Positions 1 to 7,755 of a stretch of 64,000 nucleotides of DNA are shown piece by piece. Each line of letters opens with the position of its first letter. Position 1 is the stretch's first letter. Position numbers and translations under genes: made by a program. Location of the stretch: sequence record NC_027402.1; one strand, written 5' to 3'. The notes beneath the pieces were generated by a model. The model was not told the origin of the DNA. It saw nothing but the letters and a program-made list of their open reading frames with translations, and did no database searches.

Positions 1-260
1 CTTTTTAAAACAATCACTTAGATTGTTTTTTAGATCGATCCTGTGGATCGGGTCGAAGACCCTTTCCTTATACGCGTGCGCGTGCGCACACCCGTATCCT
101 CCAGGATCTTTTAAAATATATAATAATATTAAATATAATAATACCTTTAGGTATTATATTTAATTATTATAATTATTTATATAAATAAATATATTAATAT
201 ATTAAGATCTTAAAACGCGTGCGGGCGCGCGCGTGATCCTTATTAAGAGATCGTGATCGG
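1..260. other. Origin-of-replication-like element (AT-rich palindromic core, GATC cluster)
   Basis: Almost pure A/T core at ~109-214 with nested palindromes, flanked by ACGCGTGCG blocks; 8 GATC sites at 33,37,46,105,206,235,249,255. Function is inferred. Confidence 0.5.
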
Positions 261-399
261 ACAGACGTCCTGGTTTGGGTACCCTGTGTATTTTTTACGT
301 GGTTTCCCTATCGTGTGTTCAGACCACCACTCGATGTCCAAAACCCATAGCTTCGGTGGCCGCCTCCCTGGACGGCAGACTCTGACAAGTCGACCCACA

Positions 400-1135
400 C
401 CACCAACCCGTCCGGGGACGGATTTTTATTCCAACGACAAGCTCCACGAAAATCCCCGCAGAGGGACTCACTGCTGTGTGACTCACCGGCTCCTGGACGC
501 CTACGCCTCGAGCCGGTAATTTTTTGATTACGTGAGTTTGTTGTTATATGCGAATAGCGATTGACCGCGCCAATGGTCCAATCACTTTTAAACCCTGCAC
601 GCTAGGGCTCCAAGTCCTGGGATTGTTACCCAGGACGCTTTTTCGAAAATACCTACCGTGGTGTCTTCGACAAAGCGCAATCTAACACTGCGTGATTTAT
701 TATGTTCTGGAAAACTTTCGCCGTGGAACAGAACCGGTGAGCGTCGGCGGGGATTCCGACAATCACCACCCATTCAGGTACTCGGTAAATAACCGACCTG
801 CCGACGGTGCTACGTCGGGCGTAGTTCGGTTTGCGAGAGTGTCGAGAAAGTCGACTGCGCACCCATGACAAAATCCGAGTTGACCGTGGCAGCGCCAGAG
901 GACTGGGCAGCGGAGAGACGTCGTTGAACTTACCTCCGATAGTTATCGCTGATTCCGCTCTGGCGTCGGGCCAAAACTGATTCGAATTCGGCGTTGCGTC
1001 GAAAAGGGGTCTGCGTGTAGAACCGCAGACTTGGGGGATAACTCCGATGAGGAGGTTGGTCCATATCTTGCCGGCTCGGAACAGACGAGAGGGGTGGGTA
1101 CTCCCGTTGAGAAACGACGGTACCTGGCTGATTAA
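400..1135. ncRNA. Candidate structured non-coding region
   Basis: No credible CDS; many inverted repeats (e.g. GTCCTGGG/CCCAGGAC 614-636, GCGCCAGAG/CTCTGGCGT 892-966, GTCTGCG/CGCAGAC 1009-1030). Confidence 0.3.
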
Positions 1136-1185
1136 AATTTACAGATTCTGCGTGAGGTATGATAAACCAAACGGAGAATTAAATC

Positions 1186-1677
1186 ATGACCACGATAGCG
1201 TTCGATGGAAAAGTCTTAGCTGCTGACGGCCAGTTAACCCGTGGGTCGAATATCTGCAACCTGAATACCCAGAAGTTATTCGTCTGTCCTCCTGACGAGG
1301 AGTGGTGGATTACCGGTGAACGAATTGTGGTGTTCGGGGTAAGCGGCGACATCACAGGACAATTGGCCCTGCTGGAAACGGTCCGCTTGAGACCCGGCTA
1401 CAAGGGGTTAACACAAAGCTCGCAGTTACCTGCGAAGATGGATTTTACTTTCCTGATGCTTCTGGCCTCAGGGAAAGCGATAGTCGGTGGGAAGCGTGAA
1501 GACGACGTGTCGTTGTGGTGGAGTGAAGCCACACCACCTCTGGCAACCGGAAGCGGTTACGAGTACGCGTTGGGTGCGATGAAGATGGGCGCGAATGCGG
1601 TTCGTGCTGTTGAGATTGCGTCCGAATGCGATATCTACACCGGTGGTGAGATTAGCACTTACGAACTACGGAGGTGA
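1186..1677 (+). CDS. HslV/proteasome-beta-like Ntn peptidase (gp1)
   Basis: N-terminus MTTIAFDGKVLAADGQ (Thr nucleophile after Met removal), conserved Lys in QKLF, ATGSGYEYALGAM motif; SD GGAG. Confidence 0.8.
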   Translation: MTTIAFDGKVLAADGQLTRGSNICNLNTQKLFVCPPDEEWWITGERIVVFGVSGDITGQLALLETVRLRPGYKGLTQSSQLPAKMDFTFLMLLASGKAIVGGKREDDVSLWWSEATPPLATGSGYEYALGAMKMGANAVRAVEIASECDIYTGGEISTYELRR

Positions 1678-1680
1678 ATC

Positions 1681-1731
1681 ATGCGGGAGTCAGAAGCACG
1701 CAAGCTTGACCCCATCAATCGCCTGCGATAA
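1681..1731 (+). CDS. Possible 16-aa small ORF (MRESEARKLDPINRLR)
   Basis: Perfect SD GGAGGTGA at 1670-1677 just before the ATG; overlaps the gp1 stop. Confidence 0.3.
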   Translation: MRESEARKLDPINRLR

Positions 1732-1770
1732 CGGGGTAGCGCATCCGTATAAACACGTTTAAAGAATTCT

Positions 1771-1846
1771 GGGGGTATGGCGCAATTGGTAGCGCACCGG
1801 TCTCCAAAACCGAAGGTTCGAGGTTCGAAACCTCGTGCCCCCGCCA
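1771..1846 (+). tRNA. trnW: tRNA-Trp (CCA)
   Basis: Acceptor GGGGGTA/TGCCCCC, D stem GCGC/GCGC, anticodon loop CTCCAAA, T arm CGAGG-TTCGAAA-CCTCG, encoded 3' CCA; 76 nt. Confidence 0.95.
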
Positions 1847-1910
1847 CATTTAGCCAACGAATTCAGGTTCAACACAGAAGACACAGATTTGTCAACTGTT
1901 GGAGAACAAC

Positions 1911-2153
1911 ATGAATTTGTACTTGCTAGAACGAACTGACGATATCGGGTATGATGAATTTGATTCCATAATCGTGGCGGCTCCTACGGAGCAAGCTGCG
2001 TGTGCAATTCCTCCCGACTGTGGTCATTGGATGGACTGCCGCTGGTTACCGAAAGAGCGCTGGGATGAAGGGCTTACCCTGACCGTTACTCTTATCGGCA
2101 CTACGCACTATCCTGCTGGGACCGTCGTTCATGAATCGTTCAATGCTGGCTAA
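1911..2153 (+). CDS. Small acidic phage hypothetical protein (gp2)
   Basis: SD GGAG at 1901 favours the ATG at 1911 (MNLYLLERTDDIGYDEFDS). Confidence 0.75.
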   Translation: MNLYLLERTDDIGYDEFDSIIVAAPTEQAACAIPPDCGHWMDCRWLPKERWDEGLTLTVTLIGTTHYPAGTVVHESFNAG

Positions 2154-2155
2154 AC

Positions 2156-2173
2156 AGTGGGCTTCGGCCCACT
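2156..2173 (+). terminator. UUCG hairpin without U-tract (weak terminator or processing hairpin)
   Basis: AGTGGGC-TTCG-GCCCACT right after the gp2 stop. Confidence 0.5.
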
Positions 2174-2339
2174 AACCCTATTCGAGCCATGATACTTACT
2201 CAGATTGTGCGGGTTGATGTCCCGCATGAGCCGGTAGCAGCTCAGACCTACGGTAAACCGATAAATCCGTAGCAGCCAGGTACACAAAGCACCAGGTCGC
2301 TTGTACAGGATGCTGGGTATCTGACCGGTCATAACCTCA

Positions 2340-2928
2340 TTCGATACGAGACACGTTTATGCATGAAATACTCCAGTACATCAGGATGTTGATTTCAAAC
2401 GTCCGGTTCTGGGTATTCAGTCATGTTTGGTTTACAGGCGATGGGTTTTCCCGTAAGGGCCCCACTTACAGACTGGCGTCTCCACGACAACCGTCCCTAG
2501 GGGACAGGCAAGCACCGGCCCATTAAGCCGCCATGCTACGCCTGTAAATCCACAATCTGATAACCGAATGGGATTGAGTTCCCAGTGTTAGGGTGACTGT
2601 GTGTCACCGTAGGCGCGGTACCTCATACGGCCGGTACGCCACGAATGTACGTGATAGCAGGTGGTGCTTGGAGACGCTAAGACCTGACCTTACGGCCAGG
2701 CTCAGAAGAAGAAGTCCATCACCTGTATTCAGAAATGAATTTAGGTTAATTATTGGAAGTGGCGAAATCACTTACGTGATAACTTAGTAGTATGCAACGA
2801 ACAATACCAGAGTGACTTTACGAGGTTACTGTGGTATATGTCGGTGCGCCGGGCAACGTGTTGCCGCAGATAAGCCCGAGGGAGCTGACTGCACTAACAC
2901 ACGCCGGGATGCACCGGCACCTTACAAC
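2340..2928 (+). ncRNA. Candidate large structured ncRNA
   Basis: No credible CDS; perfect 10-bp long-range stem 2431-2440/2539-2548 enclosing sub-hairpins; further hairpins; directly upstream of tRNA-like genes. Strand is inferred from neighbours. Confidence 0.4.
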
Positions 2929-2998
2929 GGCTTTGTAGCTCAGGTAGGTAGAGCAGCCTCTTTGAGGAAGGTCGCCGGTTCGAGACCGGTCAAAGCAA
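2929..2998 (+). tRNA. tRNA-like gene with truncated anticodon arm (3-nt TTT loop)
   Basis: GGCTTTG/CAAAGCA acceptor, TA-GCTC..GAGC D arm, AGGTC variable loop, GCCGG-TTCGAGA-CCGGT T arm; anticodon arm GCCTC-TTT-GAGGA is 4 nt short; no encoded CCA. Confidence 0.7.
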
Positions 2999-2999
2999 G

Positions 3000-3073
3000 A
3001 GCAGCGAAGTTAGAGGAATTAACACCCGACTCATAATCGGATATTTCGACGGTTCGAATCCGTCCGTTTGCTC
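3000..3073 (+). tRNA. Degenerate tRNA with CAT anticodon (Met or Ile2)
   Basis: D stem GTTA/TAAC, anticodon CCGA-CTCATAA-TCGG, T arm GACGG-TTCGAAT-CCGTC; bulged acceptor stem, A at position 8, no CCA directly after the discriminator. Confidence 0.7.
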
Positions 3074-3456
3074 GCCCCATTTGTGTTATCCTTATCCCGA
3101 AGGCATTCGAAATAAGACGCGTATCCACACACGGGTCAAGGGTAACACGAACCACTTCCGCGGTCACCGTGTCCATTGCCGCCTACCTGCATGGGCTGTC
3201 CTCCGACACGGTGACTTCGGGCCAACTTACAGGCCAGGGCCGTTTGGGTTTTTCTTACGCATCCATCCAGAGCCACCTCGCGCCCTAGTCTGTATACCCC
3301 TTTTCTGTTCCTGGTTTGCCAACTAAATCAATTAAGCCTGGTGCGTTGCCCTGGGAACAGAAAAACTTATTCGGTTACACACCGAACCCACCCACGAGGG
3401 ATATGTCGTGGACTACCAATAGAAGCAGCAATAGTAGAAGTAAGAAGGAAAGCAAC

Positions 3457-4278
3457 ATGTTTACAGTTAAACGTGTGATTGATGGTGACCGCATTATTAC
3501 CGAACATGAAAAAGTTCGTATCGGTGACCGTAAGTCTCGTGTATTCCGCGAGGCGTTAAAGATGCTCGAGAACGAGCGATTCGACATTGTTGTCGATGAT
3601 GATTTTTTAGCAGTTAATCCAGGATTAAAACGCGTCGCCGCCGACGTACCTGATCCGATTACAAAGCACCCGTCCGATTATTACAGTTGGGTGACTCGAA
3701 TGCAAGAAGATCAAAAATCGGGTCATCTGTATCTGAAACAGCTTTTCCCTAATCTTGTTATTCCCGACTTGGACGACATTGAGCTGTTTAACTGCAATGT
3801 GCGTGACTTTATCAGCTATGTGCTGGATGATAAAGGTACTGCTGTTCTGATACTGGACACGGGTTCACGTATACCCGATGCTGTGGATAACATTTGTGGT
3901 GAAATCGTTGGTTACGGTACACCCCCAGAGAAATTAGGTTGGTATAAACCGTCGCCTGACAGCGATATGAAGATTATTATCTACACCCAGGAAGAGCTGC
4001 AGCAAGTTGAATTGGAATCGGGACCAGTAATGGAGTTCACCGATGTCCAGGAGCAGTCTCAATGGGTTAATGGTGAATGCGTTGTTACTGTTTTAAAAGG
4101 CGCTCGCCCTGGCGACCGGTCAGTCGATGAACTGATTGGCGCAATGTGCATCGAAGAAGAATCTGGATACGATCCTGATAACCAGATCAGTACCGGTGCG
4201 TTGTACGAACTGTTTTATAAAGGCGACGAAGTCTACGTGGTTAACTCTCACGGTAAGACTACCGACGCCCTTCGCTGA
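3457..4278 (+). CDS. Hypothetical protein (gp4)
   Basis: Long ORF; AAGGA SD supports the ATG at 3457 (MFTVKRVIDGD) rather than 3316. Confidence 0.8.
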   Translation: MFTVKRVIDGDRIITEHEKVRIGDRKSRVFREALKMLENERFDIVVDDDFLAVNPGLKRVAADVPDPITKHPSDYYSWVTRMQEDQKSGHLYLKQLFPNLVIPDLDDIELFNCNVRDFISYVLDDKGTAVLILDTGSRIPDAVDNICGEIVGYGTPPEKLGWYKPSPDSDMKIIIYTQEELQQVELESGPVMEFTDVQEQSQWVNGECVVTVLKGARPGDRSVDELIGAMCIEEESGYDPDNQISTGALYELFYKGDEVYVVNSHGKTTDALR

Positions 4279-4368
4279 ATTAGCTAACGCCCAGTAGCTA
4301 TGTTCCTGACGATTAGCCCTCGTCTGACCTTGTAAGACCTTGTAGATTTACATGCCAACACCAGGGAA

Positions 4369-4409
4369 GTCCTCACTCTTCGGAGTGAGGACAACTCTTT
4401 TATTTTTTT
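4369..4409 (+). terminator. Rho-independent terminator
   Basis: GTCCTCACTC-TTCG-GAGTGAGGAC followed by a T-rich run. Confidence 0.85.
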
Positions 4410-4426
4410 GTATTCCAAATATTTGC

Positions 4427-4440
4427 AGATAGATATTACC
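4427..4440 (+). promoter_or_regulatory. Putative early (virion RNAP) promoter
   Basis: AGATAGATATTACC; motif recurs upstream of early genes and resembles the phiKZ early TATTAC element. Confidence 0.65.
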
Positions 4441-4500
4441 TAAGTGAGATGAGAAAGCCTCATCTGAATTCCCCCAACTCGACTATAAAAGGTAAGCATC

Positions 4501-5448
4501 ATGTACAGACCAAGTAATCCTAGCGCTATTGAAGGATTAAACCAGGATGGCTTCAGCCTCGCAGAAGCAACCCGCATTCGACCTTTCTTACCTCGCAGAT
4601 TCTTCCCTTTCGGTTCGTTATACAGAACGAACTTCGACGCTTGGGAAGCGATACGTGCTGTAAAAGATGCACTACAGTACAAGAACTTCGAATTCCGATT
4701 TGTGTTCAAATGGGGCAACGGCGAATTGCTCCACTACTTCGGATTCCAACAGAACGAGTTTATTGAGTATACCTCACCTACGTACCACACCAGGTTCTTA
4801 AGTATCGAATTCGTTCGCCATTTCGGCGATGCACTCTTTACGGAACGGGCTACAGATGAAAACCACGGACGTAGGCTGATGTTAACGAACGGTGCATTGC
4901 GCATCAAGATGAATCGTTTACGGGAAGCGTATAACCAACTTATCAATCCTGAACCGGTAATGTTTCCAACAGTCGCAGATTTGAACGTTACACCACTCCA
5001 GCTACCTGTGGATATAGACAAACCGATCCTGGCAATCAGAGCACTGCAGGCAGGTTACGCAAACTGGTATAAAGGGCACAGTCTCCCGAACACCAGATTG
5101 AACATCGAACCGTATGAGTTGTGCCTGTTCTTAACGTTACGCAAACAGCTCGAGCCAGAAAACTTAGACTTACGTTATTTAGCGACTCCTGATGTTGGAA
5201 CCTATTATCCTGCGAATTGGATGGTTGCGGCAGTCCTACCGGACGGCGAGATGGTCGGTAGCATCGTTTATGGGACTCAACAATTACCTTCTCCGTTAGC
5301 ACCACCGAAGGATTCTATATATCCGTACGCTTCCTGGTACGTTGGCAGTAACGGAGCTAGATGGTTGGTACTCCACGTCCCTGAGGAAGTTTATAATTTG
5401 TTTCCACGTGAGCAATGGCTTAGCGTGTACGATTTTCAGTTTGGTTAG
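4501..5448 (+). CDS. Hypothetical protein (gp5)
   Basis: 315-aa ORF between a promoter motif and a terminator; no recognisable motif. Confidence 0.8.
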   Translation: MYRPSNPSAIEGLNQDGFSLAEATRIRPFLPRRFFPFGSLYRTNFDAWEAIRAVKDALQYKNFEFRFVFKWGNGELLHYFGFQQNEFIEYTSPTYHTRFLSIEFVRHFGDALFTERATDENHGRRLMLTNGALRIKMNRLREAYNQLINPEPVMFPTVADLNVTPLQLPVDIDKPILAIRALQAGYANWYKGHSLPNTRLNIEPYELCLFLTLRKQLEPENLDLRYLATPDVGTYYPANWMVAAVLPDGEMVGSIVYGTQQLPSPLAPPKDSIYPYASWYVGSNGARWLVLHVPEEVYNLFPREQWLSVYDFQFG

Positions 5449-5462
5449 TAGTCGATGCTTTT

Positions 5463-5490
5463 GAGGGAACTTCGGTTCCCTCTTTTTTTT
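5463..5490 (+). terminator. Rho-independent terminator
   Basis: GAGGGAAC-TTCG-GTTCCCTC plus T8. Confidence 0.9.
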
Positions 5491-5533
5491 CTTTTTTCAC
5501 GACTGCCTAAGAATCTTATAGGAGGAAGTTACC

Positions 5534-5950
5534 ATGATTACGCAGTGCTACTACCAGACGAAAGATTTATTTAAAGCATTGGAAGAAAATAAATTACCCA
5601 CGACTTTAAGACCGCAGTGCAGTTATTCAAGAATACTTGCAAGTGAGGTCTTTCCAGTGCTAATGCAGTTGCCCCAATTCCAACCGTGGCTCGACTCGCT
5701 AGATGTGGTAGATGCTGTGGCTATCTACACTGGGTCAGACGCACCAACAATAAACACAAGCGAGTGTTTATCCCGTAGCGAATCGTCGGCGTTAAATGAA
5801 ATGCCGCAATTAATGCCTTCTTTATTCGAATCGATGTGTGCTGCAGTTATGCAGAAACGACTACCTTATGAGGAAGTATTCGCCATTGTGTTAGACAGCA
5901 TCCACGCAATGAATTATAAACACTATAAAACCCTCGGAACCTTACACTGA
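5534..5950 (+). CDS. Hypothetical protein (gp6)
   Basis: ORF with strong SD GGAGG. Confidence 0.8.
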   Translation: MITQCYYQTKDLFKALEENKLPTTLRPQCSYSRILASEVFPVLMQLPQFQPWLDSLDVVDAVAIYTGSDAPTINTSECLSRSESSALNEMPQLMPSLFESMCAAVMQKRLPYEEVFAIVLDSIHAMNYKHYKTLGTLH

Positions 5951-6017
5951 CTTTTTTACGGCAGGCACCTATCTTGTAGGGAGTCTGTGCTGTAATAGAT
6001 TCCAAAGGAGATGCTCG

Positions 6018-6407
6018 ATGAAAAACAAACTGCGTCCGCTGGACGTGATTATGGCGCATCCGGATACCCTCAAGAAAATTAAAGTGGTCAATGAACTTGA
6101 CCGTGGTCTCCTGGATACTATTCAATGGGGTTTTACTTTCCACCCCGATGAAGAGAACAACACGCGTCAATTAGATGTTTGCGACGGCGTAGAAATCGAT
6201 TGGTCTTCTAACGAAGGCTTCAACGATGTCGTCGATTATGTCAAACAAGCCACCGTTCCACCTGTGTTTCCCGTAGCTGGTTTAGCGGAACACACAATTT
6301 CTCTCCGCCGACTGGTTAACGCACAACCGGAAATTGTGCGTGAAGGTGAAGCGTGGACGTCAGGTATTACTCATCATCTTAAGGATGTGTTGGGTGTTGC
6401 CGGTTAA
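6018..6407 (+). CDS. Hypothetical protein (gp7)
   Basis: ORF with SD AAGGAG. Confidence 0.8.
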   Translation: MKNKLRPLDVIMAHPDTLKKIKVVNELDRGLLDTIQWGFTFHPDEENNTRQLDVCDGVEIDWSSNEGFNDVVDYVKQATVPPVFPVAGLAEHTISLRRLVNAQPEIVREGEAWTSGITHHLKDVLGVAG

Positions 6408-6457
6408 AAAAGAAGAAGTACCTCTACGCAAGTAGAGGTACGGAATCTTTCTTTTTT
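6406..6457. terminator. Bidirectional terminator
   Basis: GTACCTCTAC-GCAA-GTAGAGGTAC flanked by A-run and T-run between convergent genes. Confidence 0.85.
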
Positions 6458-6458
6458 G

Positions 6459-7271
6459 TTACGACTTGAAGCGTCCACCGTTCATGTAGTTCCAACGGTT
6501 TCCGATGTTGTCGTTGTGGACCAGACAACGTTGCATTTTCGGCAAGGTGTCTTCGAACATTTGACCCGCGTCTGAGTAACCTTCAATAACGTTTCTGAAG
6601 GCACCGAACTCCATACCGTTTTCCAGTTTACCGGAGTCCATGTCGAAGATCATGGTGTTGTAAATATATTGCTTAACAGCCATGACTGCCAGCTCACCTA
6701 CAACCGGATAGAATGCTGGTTTGATTTCGTTCATCTCCTGGGATAGTTCGTATTTCACCACGAGTTTGGTAGAGTAAACGAACATGCCTGGGTCTTTGAT
6801 ACGGATGGTATTCGGGCCGAGTACCTCGACCTCTGGTGAGGCGATACGTGGCATCGCCGACTGACTATCAACCACTTGTTGGGTGGATGCTAATACGCCA
6901 GAGGTGGCACCGTCCAGATATGAACCTGCGGGAGGCATGGTGTACGCCTGTCCGGCAACGGGTGTTACAGAAATGTGGGCATCCAGAATAGGACGACCGC
7001 CTGTTTTGATGTCGTCGAGATAATACACGCGACTGAAATAATCTTGCGTGTCGTTATCCCAAGGGATGCCTTGCAAATCTACTTCTTGATACTGCCCCAT
7101 TCTTGAGATTTCAGGGACCAGAATCTCACGAATAACACGCTGTTGGATTTCGTTATCTACAGAGCTTGCAATTCCCAGTAACTTGAGGTTTTCTGGAACA
7201 AAAGCCGCCTGTAGAATCGGGGCAGGAATATGCTGTCTGATTTTACGCAGACAGTAGTCGATAACATTCAT
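6459..7271 (-). CDS. Conserved phiKZ-like virion structural protein (gp8)
   Basis: SD AGGAG before the ATG at 7271 (MNVIDYCLRK); upstream TATG motif; position as recalled for SPN3US gp8. Confidence 0.7.
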   Translation of the reverse strand: MNVIDYCLRKIRQHIPAPILQAAFVPENLKLLGIASSVDNEIQQRVIREILVPEISRMGQYQEVDLQGIPWDNDTQDYFSRVYYLDDIKTGGRPILDAHISVTPVAGQAYTMPPAGSYLDGATSGVLASTQQVVDSQSAMPRIASPEVEVLGPNTIRIKDPGMFVYSTKLVVKYELSQEMNEIKPAFYPVVGELAVMAVKQYIYNTMIFDMDSGKLENGMEFGAFRNVIEGYSDAGQMFEDTLPKMQRCLVHNDNIGNRWNYMNGGRFKS

Positions 7272-7391
7272 TCTAAGGCTCCTATGAAGCTCGTAGGACA
7301 ACTCATACCATCGGGTAATGCTATCCCATTACCTGACATTAAAATACGTTTTACGACCTTTATGTGCGCACCATACTCGAAGAAATTTTGC

Positions 7392-7403
7392 ATAGATATT
7401 ATC
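7392..7403 (+). promoter_or_regulatory. Putative early promoter
   Basis: ATAGATATTATC upstream of the gp9-gp17 cluster. Confidence 0.65.
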
Positions 7404-7434
7404 TTCGTGAATTATCCTTAAGGAGCATTTCTCG

Positions 7435-7755
7435 ATGACGCGCATGTTCTTTAATTTCTCTCCAGGGACAAATGAACAGATTGTGCCTGCGGACATGTTA
7501 CTGTGCGCGATACAAGAAGTCATTTATCCCGGCACGCATGAGTTTCCACGCGAGTGGACACGCATTGCCGAAAGTTATTTTGGCACGGAAGCGTGGTTTG
7601 TTATTTCGGCGTTGGGCCGAAACCATAGCTATCCCTTTCATTACAAAAATGGAGTTGTGCAAACGTGGTCAGAATATACCTCGAACCAGCTGCGGTTCAT
7701 TCTAGCTTCTGGGGGCCTGTCGATGCTTCCCAGTACGCTACCGCTCTGCGGATGA
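7435..7755 (+). CDS. Hypothetical protein (gp9)
   Basis: SD AAGGAG; stop overlaps the next ATG (ATGA). Confidence 0.75.
   Translation: MTRMFFNFSPGTNEQIVPADMLLCAIQEVIYPGTHEFPREWTRIAESYFGTEAWFVISALGRNHSYPFHYKNGVVQTWSEYTSNQLRFILASGGLSMLPSTLPLCG

Noticed and set aside
253-871. Short ORFs in the left non-coding region
   Set aside because: No SD, atypical composition, mutually overlapping on both strands.
1044-1125. Hammerhead-like CCGATGAG...GAAAC
   Set aside because: Core CUGA is altered and the stem II closing pair is missing.
1659-1847. 62-aa minus ORF MAGARGFEPRTFGFGDR
   Set aside because: It is the antisense reading of tRNA-Trp.
2150-2332. 60-aa minus ORF
   Set aside because: SD-like GAGG is only 2 nt from the ATG; it opposes local gene direction and overlaps hairpins.
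2940-3176. Minus ORF containing TGLEPAT
   Set aside because: Antisense of the tRNA-like genes.
2340-3420. RNase P, tmRNA or self-splicing intron identity for the RNA island
   Set aside because: Only short scattered matches (GAAGTCC, TCCACGACA, AACAGAA) that are out of order; no P4, tRNA-like tmRNA ends, P7 or domain V.
4326-4345. Tandem repeat GACCTTGTA x2
   Set aside because: Only two copies, not found elsewhere; no supportable function.
4501-5448. gp5 as PhuZ because of its size and position
   Set aside because: No tubulin signature or GTP-binding glycine loops.
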